64,000 nucleotides of DNA, taken from contig CAVQYR010000001.1 of the NCBI GenBank assembly GCA_963718235.1, positions 1,760,001-1,824,000 on the forward strand, written 5' to 3'. This DNA comes from an uncultured Actinomycetota bacterium. GTDB taxonomy: Bacteria; Actinomycetota; Actinomycetes; JAHEKZ01. The notes under the pieces were generated by a model. The model made no database searches and was not told the DNA's origin. It saw only the letters and a list, made by a program, of their open reading frames with translations. A program made the translations under genes and the position numbers. Shown here piece by piece: positions 27,619 to 36,305 of the stretch; position 1 is the first letter of the stretch, and every line of letters starts with the position of its first letter.

Positions 27619-28949
27619 CGCCCGGGTCCACGTCCTCCCGTGAGACCGTCGCCGCCCGCGGGTCGACCGTTCACACGCCGCGGCTGCTGGCCGGTGTGCT
27701 GCGCGACCGACCGTTGAGCCTGGTCGAGCACCTCGCGGTGCACGGCCCGCTCCCGGTGGTGGACCGCGGCTGGACCGGCGCGGGGTCACGGAGCCGCACG
27801 CGGGTGCTGCTGCACGAGATCCAGACCGCAGGTATCGGTGGCAGAGGGGGCGCGGGCTTCCCCTTCGCGCGCAAGCTCGCCGCCGTGGCCGCCCAGAGGA
27901 GACGCCCGGTCGTCGTGGTCAACGCCGCCGAGAGCGAGCCGGCAGCGCACAAGGACGCGACGCTGGCCACCCTCACCCCCCACCTCGTGCTGGACGGCGC
28001 GGCCGTGTCGGCCCGACTGCTGGGCGCCCGGGAGGTGGTCGTCTGGACGCACCGGGGCGAGGCCGCGGTCTCCCGCGCTCTCCGGGCCGCCGTCGGCCAA
28101 CGCGACGACCGCGGGCTGCGGTGGCGGGTGGTCGACGGTCCAGACCGGTACGTGGCCGGGGAGTCATCGGCCATCGTGCGGCACCTTTCGGGCGGGCCGG
28201 CCAAACCCACGACGACCCCACCTCGGGTCGCCGAGCGAGGGGTCGGCGGCGCTCCGACCCTGTTGTCCAACGCCGAGACCTTCGCCCACGTCGCGCTCGT
28301 GGTCCGGCACGGGGCCCCCTGGTTCCGCTCCCTGGGCACGGTCGACGAGCCCGGAACCCTGCTGCTCACCCTCACGGGAGCGGCGCAGCACCCCGGCGTG
28401 GTCGAGGTCCCGTTCGGGGCCCGGCTGGGCGCCGTGGTCGACACCTTCGGGGGCCTGGCCGAGCCCGTCGAGGCGGTCCTCGTCGGTGGGTACGGCGGAC
28501 GATGGCTCACCTGGGCCGACGCGGCCGCGCTGCCGGTGACCCGGCAGGCGTTCCGCAGCGTCGGTGCCGACCTCGGCGTCGGCGTGATCGGTCTGCTGCC
28601 GCGCCGCCGGTGCGGGCTGGCCGAGACCGCACGGTTGACCCGGTGGATGGCCGATCAGTCCGCCGGCCAGTGCGGACCGTGCGTGAACGGGCTGCCCGCC
28701 ATGGCCGGAGCGTTCGAGAGCCTCGTGCGCTCGGGCAACGCCCAGACCCCGACCCTGCTGCGCCGGTGGGCCCGCCAGGTGGCCGGTCGCGGGGCGTGCC
28801 ACCATCCCGACGGAGTGGCCCATCTCGTCGACAGCGCCCTCGACGTGTTCACCGAGGCGATCGACCGGCACCTGCTCGATGGGAGCTGTCCTGGCTGCGC
28901 TGAACCGCCCGTGCTCCCGCTCCCGACCTCGCAGGGTGGGTGGCGCTGA
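27615..28949 (+). CDS. Stand-alone NuoF-like NAD(P)H:acceptor flavoprotein with FMN, SLBB and Fe-S domains
   Basis: GRGGAGFP, NAAESEP..HKD, YVAGESSA, PTLLSNAETF, SAGQCGPCVNG and RGACHHPDG. Confidence 0.87.
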   Translation: MTPGSTSSRETVAARGSTVHTPRLLAGVLRDRPLSLVEHLAVHGPLPVVDRGWTGAGSRSRTRVLLHEIQTAGIGGRGGAGFPFARKLAAVAAQRRRPVVVVNAAESEPAAHKDATLATLTPHLVLDGAAVSARLLGAREVVVWTHRGEAAVSRALRAAVGQRDDRGLRWRVVDGPDRYVAGESSAIVRHLSGGPAKPTTTPPRVAERGVGGAPTLLSNAETFAHVALVVRHGAPWFRSLGTVDEPGTLLLTLTGAAQHPGVVEVPFGARLGAVVDTFGGLAEPVEAVLVGGYGGRWLTWADAAALPVTRQAFRSVGADLGVGVIGLLPRRRCGLAETARLTRWMADQSAGQCGPCVNGLPAMAGAFESLVRSGNAQTPTLLRRWARQVAGRGACHHPDGVAHLVDSALDVFTEAIDRHLLDGSCPGCAEPPVLPLPTSQGGWR

Positions 28950-29185
28950 TGGCCACGGTCGCCCGGACCACGCTGCCTGCCCAGCAGGTCGGCCGTCTGC
29001 ACGTCGACTGGCTGCGCTGCGACGGGCACGGCATCTGCGCAGAGGTGGCCCCCGAGCTCGTTCGGCTCGACGACTGGGGCTACCCGATCGTGGCCGACGA
29101 GGGGGTGCCGCGGTCACTCGAGGGGCTGGCTCGTGAAGCAGTGAACCTGTGCCCGGCGCTGGCCCTGCGGCTCGGGACGCGCTAG
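28949..29185 (+). CDS. Ferredoxin (CxxHxxC...CP type)
   Basis: [17 protein letters not shown]...LDDWGYP...[10 protein letters not shown]; TGATG coupling to the upstream gene. Confidence 0.9.
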   Translation: MATVARTTLPAQQVGRLHVDWLRCDGHGICAEVAPELVRLDDWGYPIVADEGVPRSLEGLAREAVNLCPALALRLGTR

Positions 29186-30699
29186 CTGCGTGCGGTCAGG
29201 GTGTCGACCAGCTCGGCGGCGCTGGCGCACGCGTCGAGCAGTGCGCCGACGTGCGCCTGGGTGCCACGCAGGGGCTCCAGCGTCGGTACCCGCTGCAGCG
29301 AGGGGCGTCCGGGGATGTCGAAGATGACCGAGTCCCACGAGGCGGCGGTCACGGCGTCTCCGTACCGACGAAGGCACTCACCACGGAACCAGGCCCGGGT
29401 GTCGACCGGAGGGCGCACCATCGCATCGTCGACCTCGGCGTCGGACAGCAGCCGCTGCATCCGCCCCCGGTCGACGAGCCGCTGGTACAGGCCCTTGTCG
29501 GGGCGGACGTCTGAGTACTGCAGGTCGACCAGGTGCAGGCGGGCATCGGACCAGGACAGGCCGTCCCGGTCGCGATAGCCCTGCAGGATCTCCAGCTTGG
29601 CCACCCAGTCGAGCTCGCCGGACAGCTGCATGGGGTCGGCCTCGAGCCGAGTCAGGACCGACTCCCACCGGTCGAGCACGTCGACGGTCATCGGGTCGAC
29701 GTCCGCCCCGGCGGTCTCGGCCACATACTTGCGGGCCTGCGCGTGCAGCTCGTGCTGCAGCTGCACGGCGGTCATTCTGCGTCCGTCGGCCAACGACATC
29801 TGGTGGCTCAGCGTGGGGTCGTGCGACACCAGGTGCAGCTCGGTGACCGGGCGCTGCAGGGCCAGGTCGAGGCCGTCGAGGAAGCCGTCCTCGATCATGG
29901 CGAGGACCAGGGACGTGGTCCCCACCTTGAGGTAGGTGGCGATCTCGGACAGGTTGGCGTCGCCGATGATCACGTGCAGCCGTCGGTAGCGCTCGGGGTC
30001 GGCGTGCGGCTCGTCCCGGGTGTTGATGATCGGCCGCTTCAGCGTGGTTTCGAGGCCCACCTCCACCTCGAAGAAGTCGGCCCGCTGGCTGACCTGGAAG
30101 CCGGCGTCACGCCCTGACTGACCGAGGCCGACCCGGCCCTGACCGCAGAAGACCTGACGGGTGACGAAGAACGGGGTCAGGTGGCGCACGATGTCGGCGA
30201 AGGGCGTGGACCGCCGCATCAGGTAGTTCTCGTGGGTGCCGTAGGACGCGCCCTTGTTGTCGGTGTTGTTCTTGTACAGGTTGATCCGGGGTCCACCGGG
30301 CATCTGCGCGGCACTGCGGGCCGCGGCAGCCATCACCCGCTCCCCCGCCTTGTCCCACAGCACCACGTCGCGCGGGTTGGTGACCTCAGGGCTGGAGTAC
30401 TCGGGGTGGGCGTGGTCGACGTACAGCCGCGCCCCGTTGGTGAGGATCACGTTGGCGAGGCCGACCTCCTCGTCGGTCAGCAGGCTGGCGTCGGCGACGT
30501 CGCGGCTGAGGTCGAAGCCGCGGGCGTCGCGCAGCGGGCGCTCCTCCTCGAAGTCCCAGCGGGCCCGTCGCAGTCCCTGGACGCCGACGGCGTACCCGTT
30601 GACGACCTGGGTGGAGCTCGTCATCGGATTGGCCGAGGGGTCCCCGGGGACCGAGACCCCGTACTCGGTCTCGATGCCCATCACGCGGCGAACGCTCAT
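29182..30699 (-). CDS. dop: Pup deamidase/depupylase Dop
   Basis: [70 protein letters not shown] and [10 protein letters not shown]. Confidence 0.97.
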   Translation of the reverse strand: MSVRRVMGIETEYGVSVPGDPSANPMTSSTQVVNGYAVGVQGLRRARWDFEEERPLRDARGFDLSRDVADASLLTDEEVGLANVILTNGARLYVDHAHPEYSSPEVTNPRDVVLWDKAGERVMAAAARSAAQMPGGPRINLYKNNTDNKGASYGTHENYLMRRSTPFADIVRHLTPFFVTRQVFCGQGRVGLGQSGRDAGFQVSQRADFFEVEVGLETTLKRPIINTRDEPHADPERYRRLHVIIGDANLSEIATYLKVGTTSLVLAMIEDGFLDGLDLALQRPVTELHLVSHDPTLSHQMSLADGRRMTAVQLQHELHAQARKYVAETAGADVDPMTVDVLDRWESVLTRLEADPMQLSGELDWVAKLEILQGYRDRDGLSWSDARLHLVDLQYSDVRPDKGLYQRLVDRGRMQRLLSDAEVDDAMVRPPVDTRAWFRGECLRRYGDAVTAASWDSVIFDIPGRPSLQRVPTLEPLRGTQAHVGALLDACASAAELVDTLTARS

Positions 30700-30727
30700 G
30701 AGGTGAGCCTAGGTCCCGGCCGGACCC

Positions 30728-32404
30728 TCAGAGGTACTGGCCGGTGTTGGCCACCGTGTCGATCGAGCGACCCGCCTCGGTGCCCTGCTTGCCCTGCACC
30801 AGAGTGCGGATGAAGACGATGCGCTCACCCTTCTTGCCGGAGATGCGGGCCCAGTCGTCGGGGTTCGTGGTGTTGGGGAGGTCTTCGTTCTCCTTGAACT
30901 CGTCGATGCAGGCGATCAGCAGGTGCTGCACGCGCAGCCCCTTCTGCCCGGTCTCCAGGAAGTCCTTGATCGCCTGTTTCTTCGCCCGGGCGACGATGTT
31001 CTCGATCATGGCTCCTGAGTTGAAGTCCTTGAAGTAGAGGATCTCCTTGTCGCCGTTGGCGTACGTGACCTCGAGGAACCGGTTCTCGTCGCTCTCGGTG
31101 TACATGCGCTCGATCGCGCGCTGGATCATCGCGGCGACCGTGGCGGTGCGGTCTCCACCGTGCTCGGCGAGGTCCTCGTCGTGCAGCGGAAGACCCGATG
31201 TGAGGTACTTGCTGAAGATGTCGCGCGCACCCTCCGCGTCGGGTCGCTCGATCTTGATCTTCACGTCGAGGCGTCCCGGGCGCAGGATCGCCGGGTCGAT
31301 CATGTCCTCGCGGTTCGAGGCGCCGATCACGATCACGTTCTCCAGGCCCTCGACCCCGTCGATCTCGCTGAGCAGCTGCGGGACGATCGTGTTCTCGACG
31401 TCGGACGACACGCCGCTGCCGCGGGTGCGGAACAACGAGTCCATCTCGTCGAAGAAGACGATGACGGGCACACCCTCGCTGGCCTTCTCCCGCGCGCGCT
31501 GGAACACCAGGCGGATGTGCCGCTCGGTCTCACCGACGTACTTGTTGAGCAGCTCGGGGCCTTTGATGTTCAAGAAGTAGGACTTGCCCTCCGGGCGACC
31601 GGTCACCTGGGCGACCTTCTTGGCCAGCGAGTTGGCCACCGCCTTGGCGATCAGCGTCTTGCCGCAACCGGGCGGTCCGTAGAGCAGGATCCCCTTGGGC
31701 GGCTTGAGCTCGTGCTCGCGGAAGAGGTCCTGGTGAAGGTACGGCAGCTCGACCGCGTCACGGATGAGCTCGATCTGTCCGGCCAGGCCCCCGATCGCCT
31801 CGTAGTCGATGTCCGGGACCTCCTCGAGGACGAGCTCCTCGACCTCAGCCTTGGGGATGCGCTCGTAGACGTAGCCCGAACGGGTCTCGAGCAGCAGGGA
31901 GTCGCCGGCCCGGACCGTCTTGGGGTCGAGCGTCTCGGCCAGGCGCACGATGCGCTCGTCGTCGGTGTGACCGATGACCAGCGCGCGAACGCCGTCTTCG
32001 AGGAGCTCCTTGAACATCACGACCTCGCCGACCCGCTCGAAGCCCATGGCCCGTACCACGTTCATCGCCTCGTTGAGCATGACCTCCTGACCGAGACCGA
32101 GGTCGTCGACCTCGACCTCGGGACTGCAGGCCACGCGCAGCTTGCGGCCGCTGGTGAAGACGTCGAGGGTTCCGTCCTCGAAGGTCTCGACCACGACGCC
32201 GTAGCCGGCCGGCGGCTGGGCCAGCCGGTCGATCTCCTCCTTGAGCGCGACGAGCTGGTCGCGGGCCTCGCGCAGGGTCGTGGCGAGCCGGGCGTTCTGC
32301 TCGCGCGTCGCCGTCAGCTCACGCTGCAGGGTCGCGAGGGTGGGGGCGTCGTCGGACTCCCGCGGTGTCCGCCGGGCGTCGTCCTGGCTGGTCATGACCA
32401 CCAC
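30728..32404 (-). CDS. arc: Proteasome AAA ATPase ARC/Mpa
   Basis: N-terminal coiled coil, [25 protein letters not shown] and C-terminal GQYL. Confidence 0.97.
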   Translation of the reverse strand: MVVMTSQDDARRTPRESDDAPTLATLQRELTATREQNARLATTLREARDQLVALKEEIDRLAQPPAGYGVVVETFEDGTLDVFTSGRKLRVACSPEVEVDDLGLGQEVMLNEAMNVVRAMGFERVGEVVMFKELLEDGVRALVIGHTDDERIVRLAETLDPKTVRAGDSLLLETRSGYVYERIPKAEVEELVLEEVPDIDYEAIGGLAGQIELIRDAVELPYLHQDLFREHELKPPKGILLYGPPGCGKTLIAKAVANSLAKKVAQVTGRPEGKSYFLNIKGPELLNKYVGETERHIRLVFQRAREKASEGVPVIVFFDEMDSLFRTRGSGVSSDVENTIVPQLLSEIDGVEGLENVIVIGASNREDMIDPAILRPGRLDVKIKIERPDAEGARDIFSKYLTSGLPLHDEDLAEHGGDRTATVAAMIQRAIERMYTESDENRFLEVTYANGDKEILYFKDFNSGAMIENIVARAKKQAIKDFLETGQKGLRVQHLLIACIDEFKENEDLPNTTNPDDWARISGKKGERIVFIRTLVQGKQGTEAGRSIDTVANTGQYL

Positions 32405-32512
32405 CTCCTCGCACGCCTTTCGACCCTACCTTCGGCCGGGCCCGGGCGAATCTGGACCGAAAACCGGCGTGTCGTGCCGGTCACGGCCCGATCACGCGGT
32501 GTGACCGACCGG

Positions 32513-33403
32513 TCAGGCGGACCAGTCGTCGCCGTAGGCGCCCTTGGCCGGTCGTCGGCGGCGGGTGGGGGCGACCACGCCGGCCGCCAGCCGACGGCTC
32601 GTGACCAGGAACCCGGTGTGGCCGACCATCCGGTGCTCGGGCCTTACGGCAAGGCCTTCCACGTGCCACCCGCGCAGGATGGTCTCGTTGGCCTGGGGCT
32701 CGGTGAAGCCGGAGTGGCCGCGCAGCGTCTCGACGAGCCGGGACAGCTGGGTCGTGGTGGCCACGTAGCCGCAGAAGACGCCGCCGGGTGCCATCACCTC
32801 GGCCACCTGGGCCACGCAGTCCCACGGCGCCAGCATGTCGAGCACGACTCGGTCGACCGGACGGTTCGGCGGCTCCTGCACGAGGCACTCGACCAGGTCA
32901 CCGACCGTGAGGTCCCACCCGGGGTGCGGTGCTCCGAAGAACGACTCGACGTTGCTGCGCGCGATGTCGGCGAAGTCGGCCCGCCTCTCGTAGGACGACA
33001 CGTGGCCCGCGTCGCCGACGGCGCGCAGCAGCGAGCAGGTGAGTGCCCCCGACCCGACGCCCGCCTCGATCACCTGGGCTCCCGGGAAGAGGTCGGCCTG
33101 GGCGACGATCTGACCGGCGTCCTTCGGGTACACCACTGTGGCCCCTCGCGGCATCGACAGGACGAAGTCCGACAGCAACGGCCGCAGCGCCAGGTAGGTG
33201 GTGCTTCCGGTGGACGTGACCAGGACGCCCTCCGGCCCCCCGATCAGCGAGTCGTGGTCGATCGCACCCTTGTGCGTGTGGAACTGCTTGCCCGCGACCA
33301 GGGTGAAGGTGTGGTGGCGTCCCTTCGGGTCGGTGAGCTGCACCTGGTCACCGACCCGGAACACCCCGGTCCGGTGGGAGGCCCCGGTGGGTGGGTCAGC
33401 CAC
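32513..33403 (-). CDS. trmI: tRNA (adenine-58-N1)-methyltransferase
   Basis: VQLTDPKGR, FHTHKG, MPRGATVVYPKD, EAGVGSGALT, VLDMLAPW and VRPEHRMVGHTGF. Confidence 0.93.
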   Translation of the reverse strand: MADPPTGASHRTGVFRVGDQVQLTDPKGRHHTFTLVAGKQFHTHKGAIDHDSLIGGPEGVLVTSTGSTTYLALRPLLSDFVLSMPRGATVVYPKDAGQIVAQADLFPGAQVIEAGVGSGALTCSLLRAVGDAGHVSSYERRADFADIARSNVESFFGAPHPGWDLTVGDLVECLVQEPPNRPVDRVVLDMLAPWDCVAQVAEVMAPGGVFCGYVATTTQLSRLVETLRGHSGFTEPQANETILRGWHVEGLAVRPEHRMVGHTGFLVTSRRLAAGVVAPTRRRRPAKGAYGDDWSA

Positions 33404-34595
33404 GGCGCAGGGGCCCGGAGGCTGAGTGCTGCAGCGCGGCCAGCGCCGTGGTGACGTCCTGGTGGGAGAGCACGCCGTAGATCGAACCATCGGCCTCGAC
33501 GACGAGGTACTCCGGGGCGGGATGCTCGTCCATCAGCTGGAGCATCCCCTCGCCCTGGGCGTCGACCGGCACCGTCGCGGTCCGCTGCAGCGTGCGGCTC
33601 ACCGAGCCGACGCTGACCCAGGGCCGTCGCTCGACCGGCAGCGCCGCGATGGCTGCCTCGTTGACGATCCCCACCGGCTGCCGGCGGGCGTCGACCGTCA
33701 CCAGACCCCCCGCCCCGCCCTGCTCCAGCAGCCGCAGCGCCTCGGCCACGGGCAGGTCGCTGGGCACCGGGATCGCCCGTCGGGTGAGCGACCGGGCGGT
33801 GATCGTGGGCAGCCGGTCACGCAGCCTGGCCCCCCTCAGCGCGTGCCCGGCCTGGATCCAGATGAACCCGGCCAGCAGCATGCCCCAGGCCAGCCACACA
33901 AGGTCGGTCCGGCCGCGAGCCAGCGGGAGCAGGGCGAGCAGGGCCAGCACGACCGCGAGCGCCCGTCCGGCCCAGCCTGCGACCTGCGTGCCCAGCCGCT
34001 CCCGGCGGGAGACCCCCCACACCAGGTCACGCAGGATCCGGCCGCCGTCCAGTGGGAGGCCGGGAAGGAGGTTGAACACCCCGACGATGAGGTTCGTCAC
34101 CGTCAGCTGCCAGACGACCAGTGACACCACCGTCCCGTCGGGCAGCACCTGCCACAGCCCCCAGCTCGCGGCGGCCAGCCCGAGGGAGGCCAGCGGACCC
34201 ACCACGGCCACGACGAGGTCGGCCCAGGGCCGGTCACTTCCACCATGGATCTCGCTCACCCCGCCGAGCAGGTGCAAGGTGATCTGTCGGACCCGTAGGC
34301 CGAAGGCCAGGGCGACCACGGAGTGGGCCAGCTCGTGCACGAGGACGGACAGGCCGAGCAGGACGGCGAAGGCGAATGCGACCAGGTAGGCGGCGCCGCC
34401 CAGCTGGGGCAGCTGCTCGGTCACGTAGGGCGCGAAGAGCACGGCGATCACCAGCGACGCGATCAGCCACGAGCCGTTCACGTACACCGGAACCCCGAAC
34501 AGCCGGGCCAGCAACCACCCTTCGCGGCGTGGCTCCGGAACCGGCGGCTGGGACACGGCCGGTCGAGCTGGGGGCTCCTGACCCGAGGCGCTCAC
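33396..34595 (-). CDS. Site-2 protease (M50) with C-terminal CBS domains
   Basis: SVLVHELAH, GPLAS and FNLLPGLPLDGG, followed by a CBS-like pair. Confidence 0.92.
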   Translation of the reverse strand: MSASGQEPPARPAVSQPPVPEPRREGWLLARLFGVPVYVNGSWLIASLVIAVLFAPYVTEQLPQLGGAAYLVAFAFAVLLGLSVLVHELAHSVVALAFGLRVRQITLHLLGGVSEIHGGSDRPWADLVVAVVGPLASLGLAAASWGLWQVLPDGTVVSLVVWQLTVTNLIVGVFNLLPGLPLDGGRILRDLVWGVSRRERLGTQVAGWAGRALAVVLALLALLPLARGRTDLVWLAWGMLLAGFIWIQAGHALRGARLRDRLPTITARSLTRRAIPVPSDLPVAEALRLLEQGGAGGLVTVDARRQPVGIVNEAAIAALPVERRPWVSVGSVSRTLQRTATVPVDAQGEGMLQLMDEHPAPEYLVVEADGSIYGVLSHQDVTTALAALQHSASGPLRRG

Positions 34596-34628
34596 CCGTC
34601 GATGGTAGGTGCCGCTGGCGCCTGGTCC

Positions 34629-34650
34629 TGTCGGTGGGCAGTCCTAGGCT
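34629..34650 (+). promoter_or_regulatory. PafBC-activated (RecA-NDp) promoter
   Basis: TGTCGG (34629-34634), N10, TAGGCT (34645-34650); lies 7 nt before GTG 34658. Confidence 0.8.
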
Positions 34651-34657
34651 GAGTGCC

Positions 34658-35491
34658 GTGAGCTCAACCGTCGCACCGTCCGAGGCCGTCCCGGACCTGC
34701 CGTCCCTGTCACCCTCGCGCGCGGGTGATTTCATGAACTGTCCCCTGCTGTACCGGTTCCGGGTGATCGACCGGCTCCCCCAGCCGCCCAGTCCGGCGGC
34801 CACCCGCGGCACCGTCGTCCATGCGGTGCTGGAGCAGCTGTTCGACCTGCCGGCGGCCCGGCGGACCCTGTCGACGGCCGAGGGGCTGGTGGGGCCGAGC
34901 TGGCAGCAGCTGCTCGAGTCCGACCCGGCGCTGGCCGAGCTGTTCGACGACGATCCCGACGGCGTGCGCGCCGCGCAGTGGCTGGCCGGCACCGAGGAGC
35001 TGCTGAGCACCTACTTCCTGCTGGAGGACCCACGTCGGCTGGAGCCGGCCCACCGCGAGACCCTGGTCGAGGTCGACCTGGCCTCCGGGCTTCGGCTGCG
35101 CGGGTACGTCGACCGGATCGACGTCGCCCCCGACGGTGCGCTGCGCGTCGTCGACTACAAGACCGGAAAGGCGCCACGCGACGGCTTCGAGCAGAAGGCC
35201 ATGTTCCAGATGCGGTTCTACGCCCTGGTGCTATGGCGGCTGCACGGCGAGGTCCCGCGGCTACTCCAGCTGATGTACCTGGGCAGCGGCGAGATCGTGC
35301 GGTACGAGCCCGACATCGCCGACCTCGAGGCGATGGAGCGCAAGCTGGAGGCGCTGTGGTCGGCCATCGACCGGGCATCGACGACGGGCGACTGGCGCCC
35401 GAACCCGTCCCGGCTGTGCGACTGGTGCGACCACCGGGCCCTGTGCCCCGCCTGGGGTGGCACTCCCCCGGAGCTGCCGTCGACCGCCTAG
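34658..35491 (+). CDS. RecB-family PD-(D/E)XK exonuclease (Rv2119-like)
   Basis: LSPSRAGDFMNCPLLYRF, RGTVVHAVLE, LRGYVDRID, VVDYKTGK, QMRFYA and LCDWC...CP. Confidence 0.9.
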   Translation: MSSTVAPSEAVPDLPSLSPSRAGDFMNCPLLYRFRVIDRLPQPPSPAATRGTVVHAVLEQLFDLPAARRTLSTAEGLVGPSWQQLLESDPALAELFDDDPDGVRAAQWLAGTEELLSTYFLLEDPRRLEPAHRETLVEVDLASGLRLRGYVDRIDVAPDGALRVVDYKTGKAPRDGFEQKAMFQMRFYALVLWRLHGEVPRLLQLMYLGSGEIVRYEPDIADLEAMERKLEALWSAIDRASTTGDWRPNPSRLCDWCDHRALCPAWGGTPPELPSTA

Positions 35492-35521
35492 GGTCAGGTC
35501 ACCGCCCTACGAGGAGCCACC

Positions 35522-36304
35522 ATGTCCCACGACCCTGCCCTTTCGACGGCCCCGGCCACCGACGCCCCTGCCGCGGCCGGCGCCCGGAACCTGAGCAAGA
35601 TCTACGGCGAGGGCGAGACCCGGGTCGTCGCGCTGGACGACGTGACCGTCGGCTTCGCGTCGGGCCGGTTCACCGCGATCATGGGCCCGTCCGGCTCAGG
35701 CAAGTCGACCCTCATGCACGTGTGCGCCGGCCTGGACTCCGCCACCGAGGGCACCGTCTACATCGGCGACACCGACCTGACGACGCTCAAGGACAACGCG
35801 CTCACCAGGCTGCGCCGTGACCGGGTGGGGTTCGTGTTCCAGGCCTACAACCTGGTGCCGACCCTGAGCGCGCTGGAGAACATCACCTTGCCCTTGGACA
35901 TCGCCGGGCGCCCGGTCGACCGGGCCTGGCTGGACCAGGTGGTCGACACGGTCGGGCTGCGTGACCGGCTGCGCAACAAGCCCAACCAGCTCTCCGGCGG
36001 CCAGCAGCAGCGGGTCGCGGCGGCCCGGGCGCTGGTCAGTCGACCCGAGATCGTGTTCGCCGACGAGCCCACCGGGAACCTCGACTCGCGGGCCGGTGCC
36101 GAGGTGCTCGGGTTCCTGCGCCGCAGCGTCGAGGAGTTCGGCCAGACGATCGTGATGGTCACCCACGACCCGATCGCGGCCTCCTACGCCCAGCACGTGC
36201 TGTTCCTCGCCGACGGTCGGATCGTCGACACGATGGACGACCCCACGGCCGAGCGGGTCCTGGAGCGGATGAAGGGCTTCGACGGAAAGGGCCGGAGGTC
36301 CTAG
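35522..36304 (+). CDS. ABC transporter ATP-binding protein (LolD/MacB-like)
   Basis: GPSGSGKST, LSGGQQQR, FADEPTGNLD and MVTHD. Confidence 0.95.
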   Translation: MSHDPALSTAPATDAPAAAGARNLSKIYGEGETRVVALDDVTVGFASGRFTAIMGPSGSGKSTLMHVCAGLDSATEGTVYIGDTDLTTLKDNALTRLRRDRVGFVFQAYNLVPTLSALENITLPLDIAGRPVDRAWLDQVVDTVGLRDRLRNKPNQLSGGQQQRVAAARALVSRPEIVFADEPTGNLDSRAGAEVLGFLRRSVEEFGQTIVMVTHDPIAASYAQHVLFLADGRIVDTMDDPTAERVLERMKGFDGKGRRS

Positions 36305-36305
36305 C

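Noticed and set aside
27615-28949. Calling the flavoprotein nuoF of respiratory complex I
   Set aside because: There are no nuoE/G or membrane-arm genes, the Cys motif is altered, and the context is the apbE operon.
34658-35491. Cas4-like nuclease plus WYL proteins suggesting a CRISPR or defence system
   Set aside because: No repeat-spacer array or cas genes are visible. These are the housekeeping RecB-family nuclease and PafBC of the proteasome locus.
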